Sequence record: SRR20825010_2951
DNA length: 41,913 nucleotides
Reading direction: 5' to 3' (one strand)
This document shows, piece by piece, positions 8,090 to 16,437 of this stretch. The notes under the pieces were generated by a model. It did not search any database, had not been told where the DNA came from, and saw only the letters and a program-made list of their open reading frames with translations. Numbering within the stretch: position 1 is the stretch's first letter; each line of letters starts with the position of its first letter. The translations under genes were made by a program, and so were the position numbers.

Positions 8090-11000
8090 ATGTCGACGCT
8101 GGAAACTCAATGGCGACACAAGGTCACCCGACCACTGGTGTCGCTGTCCATTGCTTCGTTGCTATCGACCGTGGTCGCAGTCCCGAATGCATCGGCCCAG
8201 TTCACATTGCCACCGACCGACTCGTCCGCGAAAGCAACAGCGACTTCGAAAGAAACGCCTGCTTCGTTGCCGTTGGCTATCCGTCGCACGGAAACGTTGC
8301 GATTGGTTGCCGCAGGACGTGCCGCGCTCGACAAAGGCGATGTCAAAAACGCTCACTTGTTCGCCAAACAGGCGCAATCCTTTGGATTGAAAGAGCATGA
8401 ATTCCAAGCCGGCGACGCTCGTCCGTGGCAATTGCTTCTCGATACCCAAGCCGCCGCTCGTCGGACTGGCGTGGATTTGGAGGCATTGGTCAAACAAGCT
8501 GCCAACCCGATCATGCAAACCAGTGGCAACGCCGCTGCGGGTGCTCCCTTCATGGTGCAACAGGCCGGCGGCGCAAGCCCAACGCCTGGTGGCATTGCCC
8601 AGGTCCAAGCAGCAATGCCGCTTGGCAATTCCGAAGGCGACCGTTTGTTCCGTGAAGGAATGGACTTTTTGTCAGAAGGAAAGAAGACCGAGGCACGCCA
8701 AGCATTCGTGAAAGCCTGGACGTTCGAATCCGAGCTCGACACGCAAACTCGCCGTGCGTTGCAAGACAAGTTGACCTTGTTGCAACCGTCTCGTTTGCCT
8801 TCGCCAACCGCAGGCCAACCCCTGTCGGCGATGGACAAAGCAGACCTCGAAGCCCAACAGCAAACCCGTCGCTTGTATCGCGAGATCACGACGGAATTGT
8901 CGAAGGCCAACGAGAAACGCACCGAAGCTCCGATGGACGCCGTCGACGATCTCGAACGACTTCGTCGTCGTGTCGAAGGTGCCAGCATCGATGAAGCATC
9001 CAAAGCATCGCTGGCGGCCATGGTCGACCGAGCTTTGTCGGATCAAAAGACATACGTCGAACAGCATCGTGCTGAAATCCAATTGGATTTGGCCAACGAA
9101 GCGGTTCGTTCCGAAATGGCAACCGAAGCCGCCAAAGAAGCTCGCATCGACGATGAAATCTCATCGCTGGTCGAGACCTTCAACGACTTGATGGACGATC
9201 GTCGCTTCCACGAAGCCGAAGTGATCGCGAAACAAGTTGGTGAGCTGAAGCCTGGTTCGCCGATCGCCCAAAGCATGTTTAGCAGCAGCCGCATGGGCGT
9301 TCGTCTTCAAATGAATGAAGAAATCAGTGCCGACAAGGAGGACAACTTCAATCGCGAAATGCTCTCCATCGATCGTGCATCCGTGCCACAGAACCCCGAT
9401 CGTCCGTTTGAGTTCCCAGAAATTCGTTCTTGGGAAGAACTCTCGCGTCGTCGTTTGGCTCAAGGTGCTGAATCGAACTTGTCGCCTCGCGAACAAGAGA
9501 TCAAACGCAAACTCGAAACGGAAGTCGAAGTCAAATACCGCGATCGTCCGTTGGGCGAAGTCCTGGATGATTTGTCGAACATGACCGGCGTGCCGATCGT
9601 GATCGACAACCGTGCCTTGGCCGCGATTCGTCTGAACCGCGAGACTCCGGTTTCGCAGAACATCTCGAGTCGAATTTCGTTGCGAAGTGCTCTGAATATC
9701 ATTCTGGGCGACCTCGACTTGACTCACGTCATCGGCAACGAAGTGCTGAACATCACCAGCAAAGATGCACGCAGGACGATGGTCGAACGTCGCACCTATC
9801 GCGTCGCTGACTTGGTCACACCGATTCCAAACTTTGTCACCGGTTACGATGATGGTTTGCGTGGTGCGTTGCGAAACGCCTACCAGATGATCAACCCACA
9901 AACCGACGTTCAAGTCGTGCCTGTCTCGGCATCGGGATTGGGCGGGTTTGCCGGCAACAACAACGCGGCATCAATGAGCCCCAACATGCTGGGTCAGTAC
10001 AACACTGGCAGCAGCTACGGCTCGGCCGGCGGTTTGGGTTCGCCCAGCAGCTTCGGCGGGTTGGGTGGTCAATCGATGGCTGACTTCAGCCAGCTGATGC
10101 AGTTGATCCAAACAACGATTGAACCTGAATCGTGGGAACAACTCGGTGGCGTCGGCACGATGGCTCCGTACCCACAAAACTTGTCGCTGGTTGTCAGCAC
10201 GACGAGCGATGTTCACGATCAAATCGTCGACCTGCTGGAATCACTTCGTCGTTTGCAGAACTTGCAAATCACGATCGAAGTTCGCTTCATCACGTTGTCC
10301 GACACGTTCTTTGAGCAAATCGGAATCGACTTTGACTTGCAGTTCGATGACAACGCTCCTGGTTTGCCAGGCGATGACAGCGGACCGGAAATCACGATCG
10401 GTTTGGACGGCGACGGAACTCCAACAGCCGACCTCGACATTCGATTGGACCAAAACAGTGGTGCAACGGTGCCGTTTGGTGCTCCTGACGCCGGTGCGAT
10501 TTCGACGCTCGGATTCGCAATCCTCAGTGACATCGAAGCGTACTTCTTCCTGCAGGCCGCTCAGGGTGACAGTCGTACGAACGTGATGCAGGCTCCGAAG
10601 GTAACGTTGTTCGATGGTCAGATCGCTTCGATCCAAGACCAGACTTCGCGTCCTTTCGTGACCAGTATCGTTCCCGTCGTCGGTGACTTCGCCGTCGCAC
10701 AACAGCCTGTCATCGTTGTTCTTGACGAAGGCACACGACTGAACGTGCAAGGTGTTGTCAGCGAAGACAAACGATTCGTTCGCCTGACGTTGATTCCAAC
10801 CTTCAGCCAAATCGGTGAAGTGAACGAGTTCACGTTCCAAGGCAACTCGACGACTCGCAACACTTCGAATCGCAACGTTGACACCAACGGTGACGGCGTG
10901 ATCGATGAAGAAGACGAGCAAGAAGAAGAAAGCGTCACGCAAGGTACGACGGTTCAACAACCGACGTTTGCCTTCACCACCGTCAACACGACCGTGAGTG

Positions 11001-11224
11001 TTCCCGATGGCGGCACGATTCTTCTTGGTGGGATCAAACGAATGAGCGAAGGCCGCAACGAACGTGGCGTGCCGTTCCTCAGCAAGATCCCATATGTCAG
11101 CCGATTGTTCCGCAACACCGCGGTCGGTCGTGAGTCGCGAAGTTTGATGATGATGGTCACACCACGGATCATCATCCAAGAAGAAGAAGAGATCGCCCAA
11201 ACCGGATTCGATCCGGGACGCTGA
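8090..11224 (+). CDS. Very large secretin (GspD/PilQ superfamily) with helical/TPR-like N-terminus
   Basis: AAGGAG before ATG 8090; signal peptide ending NASA; QITIEVRFI, QAPKVTLFDGQ, VSVPDGGTILLGG, GVPFLSKIPYVSRLF, MMVTPRII. Confidence 0.88.
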   Translation: MSTLETQWRHKVTRPLVSLSIASLLSTVVAVPNASAQFTLPPTDSSAKATATSKETPASLPLAIRRTETLRLVAAGRAALDKGDVKNAHLFAKQAQSFGLKEHEFQAGDARPWQLLLDTQAAARRTGVDLEALVKQAANPIMQTSGNAAAGAPFMVQQAGGASPTPGGIAQVQAAMPLGNSEGDRLFREGMDFLSEGKKTEARQAFVKAWTFESELDTQTRRALQDKLTLLQPSRLPSPTAGQPLSAMDKADLEAQQQTRRLYREITTELSKANEKRTEAPMDAVDDLERLRRRVEGASIDEASKASLAAMVDRALSDQKTYVEQHRAEIQLDLANEAVRSEMATEAAKEARIDDEISSLVETFNDLMDDRRFHEAEVIAKQVGELKPGSPIAQSMFSSSRMGVRLQMNEEISADKEDNFNREMLSIDRASVPQNPDRPFEFPEIRSWEELSRRRLAQGAESNLSPREQEIKRKLETEVEVKYRDRPLGEVLDDLSNMTGVPIVIDNRALAAIRLNRETPVSQNISSRISLRSALNIILGDLDLTHVIGNEVLNITSKDARRTMVERRTYRVADLVTPIPNFVTGYDDGLRGALRNAYQMINPQTDVQVVPVSASGLGGFAGNNNAASMSPNMLGQYNTGSSYGSAGGLGSPSSFGGLGGQSMADFSQLMQLIQTTIEPESWEQLGGVGTMAPYPQNLSLVVSTTSDVHDQIVDLLESLRRLQNLQITIEVRFITLSDTFFEQIGIDFDLQFDDNAPGLPGDDSGPEITIGLDGDGTPTADLDIRLDQNSGATVPFGAPDAGAISTLGFAILSDIEAYFFLQAAQGDSRTNVMQAPKVTLFDGQIASIQDQTSRPFVTSIVPVVGDFAVAQQPVIVVLDEGTRLNVQGVVSEDKRFVRLTLIPTFSQIGEVNEFTFQGNSTTRNTSNRNVDTNGDGVIDEEDEQEEESVTQGTTVQQPTFAFTTVNTTVSVPDGGTILLGGIKRMSEGRNERGVPFLSKIPYVSRLFRNTAVGRESRSLMMMVTPRIIIQEEEEIAQTGFDPGR

Positions 11225-11229
11225 TCGCG

Positions 11230-11296
11230 AAGAAACCCTGCACCGGTCGCTCGGAGGCGTCCTTCCGCCTTCGAGGTCGGTGAACTGGGTTCTTTT
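11230..11296 (+). other. Long imperfect stem-loop after the secretin stop codon
   Basis: aagaaaccc/gggttcttt, caccg/cggtg and ctcggaggcg/cgccttcgag nested pairings. Confidence 0.45.
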
Positions 11297-11309
11297 CCTT
11301 CAACACATC

Positions 11310-11353
11310 AACGGTCGTCGCGAGTTCTTCGGAACATGCGACGGCCGTTTTTT
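11310..11353 (+). terminator. Intrinsic terminator downstream of secretin 1
   Basis: aacggtcgtcgc...gcgacggccgtt stem followed by a T run. Confidence 0.65.
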
Positions 11354-11677
11354 CGTGCGTGGCCGATCCTCCCGCGTGGGTGGGACAGGCATCCCGGATT
11401 GCTTCCCGTACCGCGAATGGCCCGAAATCGGAAATTCGCGAGTGCCGAAAGCAAATTTTTACGGAGGATTCGACGCCATTGCGGTTGCTAGCAAATGCCG
11501 GTTGTTTTGAATTTCTGCATTACGTCCGCCATTGTGGCTTGGGGGAGTCCCCCTGGATCTGGCCTGCCAATTGACAGCTGCCCAGGGACTTGATCAACCT
11601 GTTGCCCCATCGATGCAATCGTGTGTCGTCCAATCGCAATCAGCTCTCCGATCGGATCGGTTTCAGCTGGCGAAAAT

Positions 11678-11693
11678 TGGCACGGCGATCGCA
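11678..11693 (+). promoter_or_regulatory. Putative sigma-54 (-24/-12) promoter upstream of rpe
   Basis: TGGCACG-GCGA-TCGCA versus consensus TGGCACG-N4-TTGCW; GG-to-GC spacing is exact. Confidence 0.45.
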
Positions 11694-11872
11694 TCACACC
11701 AACACAACGTGGGCATTTCGCTGCCAAGGCGGCGGGGTGCGATCGAGAAACGAAGTGAGCCCGGTTTTTGCCGTGCTCGCAGAGTGATCTCGGTCGAACG
11801 TCCTTCGACGTTTCCATGGGCCACCTCGCGTGTTCCCTGTGTGGTGAATCCATTCCCCGATGAGACAACTGT

Positions 11873-12580
11873 ATGAGCCGAGCGAAGCTCGATTCCATCC
11901 GTGCCGCTGGGCCGGCAATTTTGCCGAGCCTTTTGCAATGCGATTTTGGTGACTTGCGCACCGAGATCGAGAAGCTGACCGTCGCTGGAACGCGCGTGTT
12001 GCACTTGGATGTCATGGACGGCCACTTTGTGCCCAACCTGACCTACGGCATGCCAATTGTCGAAGGTCTGCGTCGTCACACGGACATGCCACTGGACGTT
12101 CACCTGATGATCAGCGATCCGATTGCCTACGCGCAACCGATGGTCGATGCTGGCGCCGACCTGTTGACCTTCCACGTGGAAGCGGTCGACGACTGTGTCG
12201 AAGTCGCCGGAAAAATTCGCGAAATGGGCGTCGGTGTTGGCGTCGCGATCAACCCCGACACGGACTTTGCCAAACTGGATTGCTGCCTTGATTCAGTCGA
12301 CATGGTCTTGGTCATGAGCGTCAACGCAGGATTTGGCGGCCAACAATTCAATCCAGTGGCGCTGGACCGTTTGCGTAGCCTGAAAGAACGCAAACCGGAC
12401 TTGCTGCTGGAAATCGACGGCGGCATCAAAGCCGAGACAATCGGTGACGCTCGCGCGGCCGGTTGCGATCTGTTTGTTGTCGGGTCCGCAATTTTCGGCC
12501 AACATGACTACGAAACCGCGATCAATGAATTGACGCAGGCTATGCATGGTTCGCCTCCTGCTACGGGAGACCAGTCATGA
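11873..12580 (+). CDS. rpe: Ribulose-phosphate 3-epimerase
   Basis: HLDVMDGHFVPNLTYG, DVHLMI, TFHVE, VMSVNAGFGGQ, EIDGGI, VVGSAIF. Confidence 0.96.
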   Translation: MSRAKLDSIRAAGPAILPSLLQCDFGDLRTEIEKLTVAGTRVLHLDVMDGHFVPNLTYGMPIVEGLRRHTDMPLDVHLMISDPIAYAQPMVDAGADLLTFHVEAVDDCVEVAGKIREMGVGVGVAINPDTDFAKLDCCLDSVDMVLVMSVNAGFGGQQFNPVALDRLRSLKERKPDLLLEIDGGIKAETIGDARAAGCDLFVVGSAIFGQHDYETAINELTQAMHGSPPATGDQS

Positions 12581-13158
12581 TTTCACTTTGGCCCAAAGCC
12601 GCTTCCAAGCTGGTTTTGATTCGCCCCGGTGCGACCACCTTCGATGAACAAGGTCGCATGAAGGGCAACCTGGACATGCCATTGTGCGAACGCGGCCGCA
12701 TGCAAGCCGAATCGCTCGCCAGCGAACTGGCCGGTATTCGCCTGCATGCGATCTACTGTGCACCATGCCAATCCGCGGTCGAAACGGCGACCTGTCTGTC
12801 CGAGGGACGCGATCTGCGACCCAAGGTGATTGACGAGTTCCGCAACGTGGACCACGGATTGTGGCACGGCAAACTGATCGAGGAAATTCGTCGCAACCAA
12901 CCACGCCTGTACCGGGAATTGTGCGACACGCCAGAATCAACCTGTCCTCCCGGTGGTGAACCGTTGCACGAAGCGGCCCATCGCGTCGGCAAAGCAGTGC
13001 GTCGGATCTTGAAACGCAATCGTAACCAGGTCGTTGCCTTCGTGATTCCCGATCCGTTGGCATCGCTGGTCGCTAGCCAACTGAAGGACGAAGCGTTGCC
13101 ACAGATCTGGAAAGTTGAAACCGACGCCGGCAACTGGCAATTGATCGAAACTTCCTGA
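12577..13158 (+). CDS. Histidine phosphatase (phosphoglycerate mutase) fold protein with degenerate active site
   Basis: LIRPGAT in place of RHGxT, GNLDMPLCERG, DHGLWHG, PPGGE; ATGA overlap with rpe. Confidence 0.8.
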   Translation: MISLWPKAASKLVLIRPGATTFDEQGRMKGNLDMPLCERGRMQAESLASELAGIRLHAIYCAPCQSAVETATCLSEGRDLRPKVIDEFRNVDHGLWHGKLIEEIRRNQPRLYRELCDTPESTCPPGGEPLHEAAHRVGKAVRRILKRNRNQVVAFVIPDPLASLVASQLKDEALPQIWKVETDAGNWQLIETS

Positions 13159-13253
13159 TTGAGAACTTGCCGCACCGGCAACGATTCTCGAGCGAGCACC
13201 GCCAGTCTGAGCAGAAGACTCGCGGGGAGAAATTGAAGGACTCGAACACCGAT

Positions 13254-13284
13254 AAAGCCGCTTCTTCACGGGAGCGGCTTTTTT
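13254..13284 (+). terminator. Intrinsic terminator
   Basis: aaagccgcttc...ggagcggcttt stem plus T run. Confidence 0.7.
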
Positions 13285-13560
13285 CGTTCAGCAAGTAGCG
13301 TCCCCCCCAGAGGTCTTTCTAAGGTGAACAGATCGCCAATTGCATATCCCTTTGGCGAAACGACACCAGCAATCGTTCTTGCGGAAAGATTGTCCTGGCT
13401 CTATTGAGTTGTTAATCTAGGCGCTCAGGTGAAGTACAATTCGATTCACGGATCTCCGTCACCCATCGCGTCTGTCTACGATATCTTGTTGCTAACTGAT
13501 GCGACGACGGTTTCGCCTGTTCGCCCACCTACCTTTCCCTTCCTTTGGAACTGTTTGTCC

Positions 13561-14985
13561 ATGACCTCGAAAACAAACCGCCGTCGTTTCATTGGCCAAT
13601 CGGCCGCATTGACCGCAGGAGTCGGCTACTTCGCCGGCACCAGCTTGGCTCAAGATGAATCGCCATCCGCATTGAACTCATTGTCAGCGGCCTGCATCGG
13701 CGTCGGCGGCAAAGGTGGCAGTGACACCAGCCACATCGCCAACCAAGGCGTCAACATCGCCGCGCTGTGCGATGTCGACCGCGACACATTGGCGAAGAAG
13801 GGCCGCGAATTCAAAGATGCGCAGCAGTTCGACGACTTCCGCGAAATGTTGGACAAGATGGGCGACAAGGTCGACATCGTGACCTGCAGCACGCCGGACC
13901 ACACGCACGCGGCGGCATGTGTCAAAGCCATGAACATGGGCAAACACATCTACTGCCAAAAACCCATGACCTGGTCGATTCGCGAAGCTCGCTTGATGCG
14001 AGAAACCGCTGAGAAGACCGGCGTCATCACTCAAATGGGTAACCAAGGCACCAGCGAAGATGGACTTCGCGAAGCTGTGGAAGTCATCCAAAGCGGCGCG
14101 ATCGGCGACGTCAGCGAAATCCACATCTTCAGCAACCGTCCCGTTTGGCCACAAGGCGGCGGACGCCCTGAAGGCGAAGACCCCGTGCCGTCCTCGTTGA
14201 ACTGGGATGCTTGGATCGGCCCGGCCCCGATGCGTCCGTTCGTCAAAGGTGCTTACCACTCGTTCAACTGGCGCGGTTGGGTCGACTTCGGAACCGGTGC
14301 TCTCGGCGACATGGCCTGCCACACCACCAACATGCCTGTCAAAGCTCTTCAGTTGTGGGACCCCATCGCGGTCACCGCTGTGAAGAACCCCGGCATCGTT
14401 GAAGGCGAACAGTATCCCGGCAGCAGCTCGCTGATGTTCGAGTTCCCAGAACGTGAAGGTGCCGACGGCAAGACGTTGCCACCTTGTAAGTTCTACTGGT
14501 ACGACGGCGGCAACCTGCCACCGGAAAACATCATCTCGCAGTTGCCCGCTTCGTTCCAAAAACGCGTTCAAGAACAACGTGACGGCGGACGGAAGCAATC
14601 CGGTGCGGTCATCGTTGGCAGCAAAGGCCTCGTGTTCTCACCCGATGATTACGGAGCCAAGTACTACTTGCTTCCCGAAGACAAGTTCGTCGACTTTAAG
14701 AAGCCCGAACCTTGGTTGCCTCGTATCCCATTCAAAGCCAGTGGCGACGAGCGTCACAAATGGGAATTCGTCAGCACCATCAAAGGCGAATACGAGCCCG
14801 GCACGATGTCGAACTTCGGCTATGCTGGCCGCCTGACCGAAACGATCTTGGTCGGCAACTTGGCCATGCGTGCTGGCGAAGGCCAACGCATCGAATGGAA
14901 TGCCAAGGAATTGATGAGCCCCAACGTCGAAGCCGTCAACCAATTCGTCCAACGCGAATATCGCGACGGTTGGAACTTGGGTTGA
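13561..14985 (+). CDS. Tat-exported Gfo/Idh/MocA family oxidoreductase
   Basis: NRRRFIG twin-Arg signal; IGVGGKG, STPDHTH, KHIYCQKP, QMGNQG, WRGWVDFGTGALGDMACH. Confidence 0.92.
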   Translation: MTSKTNRRRFIGQSAALTAGVGYFAGTSLAQDESPSALNSLSAACIGVGGKGGSDTSHIANQGVNIAALCDVDRDTLAKKGREFKDAQQFDDFREMLDKMGDKVDIVTCSTPDHTHAAACVKAMNMGKHIYCQKPMTWSIREARLMRETAEKTGVITQMGNQGTSEDGLREAVEVIQSGAIGDVSEIHIFSNRPVWPQGGGRPEGEDPVPSSLNWDAWIGPAPMRPFVKGAYHSFNWRGWVDFGTGALGDMACHTTNMPVKALQLWDPIAVTAVKNPGIVEGEQYPGSSSLMFEFPEREGADGKTLPPCKFYWYDGGNLPPENIISQLPASFQKRVQEQRDGGRKQSGAVIVGSKGLVFSPDDYGAKYYLLPEDKFVDFKKPEPWLPRIPFKASGDERHKWEFVSTIKGEYEPGTMSNFGYAGRLTETILVGNLAMRAGEGQRIEWNAKELMSPNVEAVNQFVQREYRDGWNLG

Positions 14986-15029
14986 TCGGCGTTGCGGCCG
15001 ATGGAGCCGTCATCTGAATGACAAATGAG

Positions 15030-15060
15030 AAGAGCCCGGTTTCGACCGGGCTCTTTTTTT
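15030..15060 (+). terminator. Intrinsic terminator
   Basis: Perfect 11-bp stem aagagcccggt-TTCG-accgggctctt followed by T run. Confidence 0.88.
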
Positions 15061-15106
15061 GTTGACCTGCAATGTCGTCGCCTAAATCAACATCCGGCCG
15101 TCCGCC

Positions 15107-15258
15107 GTAGCCGGATTCGCCAGAATTCGGACGCAGGTGCCGTAGGCCAGGTCTCACCTGGCAACCAACCGATGCTTTGGTACAAAGCGAGGCGTCTAGC
15201 CACTCCACAACACTCAACGCAGCCCATCAACCACCCAGCCAGGTGCAACCTGGCCTAC
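15107..15258. repeat. Cluster of GTAG REP-like elements, including an inverted pair
   Basis: GTAGCCGGATTCGCCAGAATTCGG (15107-15130); GTAGGCCAGGTCTCACCTGGC (15142-15162); inverted GCCAGGTGCAACCTGGCCTAC (15238-15258). Confidence 0.82.
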
Positions 15259-15280
15259 ACACAACACACCCGGGTTCAAC

Positions 15281-16168
15281 TCACTTCAAGCGAGTGGATG
15301 CCGGCAAAACTTGTGGCGTTCCAGTTTTCCCCGGAGACGCAATCGCGTTCGCCGACTCGACCTGAGCACTCTCAGGTGCATCATTTTGGTCAACCATTGC
15401 AATGTCGATCGACTTGGATGAACTCGACCTTGCAACGCTCCATGTCCCGACCGATGGTGGCAATTCGCTCGATCGATCTCGTACGGTCGGACGAGAGATC
15501 GTGGTCGTGGTCAGGCCACTACTAGGCGATGTCTTTCCCGACGAGGCTTGCTGCCAAGCCCGGAAATCAGGTGAATAGCGGTTGGCCAGTGCCATTGCGC
15601 TGTCCGTTTTTGTTCCTGGCAACAAGACGTTGGTCGGTTGCCCCTGCAGTGTTTTGCCTTCTTTGGTTTTGAACGATGCAACCAAAGAGATGTGACGTTG
15701 CTCGCCACCAATCGCATCCCAAGGAATCCAAACGCTGTACGAAGCCCCCACATCCGACTGGCTGAAGTGGCTGGTCAATTGCTCTGGAGTGAACTCGAAC
15801 CGTTTGACCGCGGTCTTTGGGTCGTCTGCCTTGTCATCAAAGCCATGAATGACCAGTGTGCCGTCGACAGGGACCGAGCGAGTTTTCTCGTCGTAGAAGA
15901 AAATTCGTCCGCCGAATCCTCGCGTTGGAACCCGGCCGACTTGCGTCAACGATTCCGTCGACCAAACCGCCGCCAGCTTCGCTGGGTTGGGATAAGGCTC
16001 GGGGGCCTTGTCCTTCTTGGCCCAGGGCATCCGCTCCAGCAGGCTCTTCTTAGGAGCCGCACTCTCGGACTGCGTCATCGACGCACAGCCGGTGCTAAGA
16101 GTCAAACTGACCAAGCAAGCCCCAAGTGTCACTCGGGATGCATTTCGGGCGCGAGATTTCAATGACAT
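15281..16168 (-). CDS. Hypothetical lipoprotein downstream of secretin 2
   Basis: Basic N-region, hydrophobic stretch, LSTGC lipobox-like motif; globular core (RGFGGRIFFY, SYSVWIPWD); Ser/Thr-rich tail. Confidence 0.75.
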   Translation of the reverse strand: MSLKSRARNASRVTLGACLVSLTLSTGCASMTQSESAAPKKSLLERMPWAKKDKAPEPYPNPAKLAAVWSTESLTQVGRVPTRGFGGRIFFYDEKTRSVPVDGTLVIHGFDDKADDPKTAVKRFEFTPEQLTSHFSQSDVGASYSVWIPWDAIGGEQRHISLVASFKTKEGKTLQGQPTNVLLPGTKTDSAMALANRYSPDFRAWQQASSGKTSPSSGLTTTTISRPTVRDRSSELPPSVGTWSVARSSSSKSIDIAMVDQNDAPESAQVESANAIASPGKTGTPQVLPASTRLK

Positions 16169-16437
16169 GTCTGGGTCTCTGCTTTGAGGGTTGACCGCGA
16201 ACCTTCGTCCCAACACGCAAAGCGTTCGGATTCAAATTCGCGACGACACAAATATATACAAACGTGGTTGGCTTCAACGAGAACAGTTGCGGGAAAGTTC
16301 TCGTCGACATGACAACGACGCCGTCATCTATCATCCGTGTCGGGACGGCCCCAATCGGATGCTCTTCTACTTCGCCACTGCACACCGGCGTGATTGCAGG
16401 ACGCGAATCACGCGAGTGTGCGATGGCAATGGACTCT

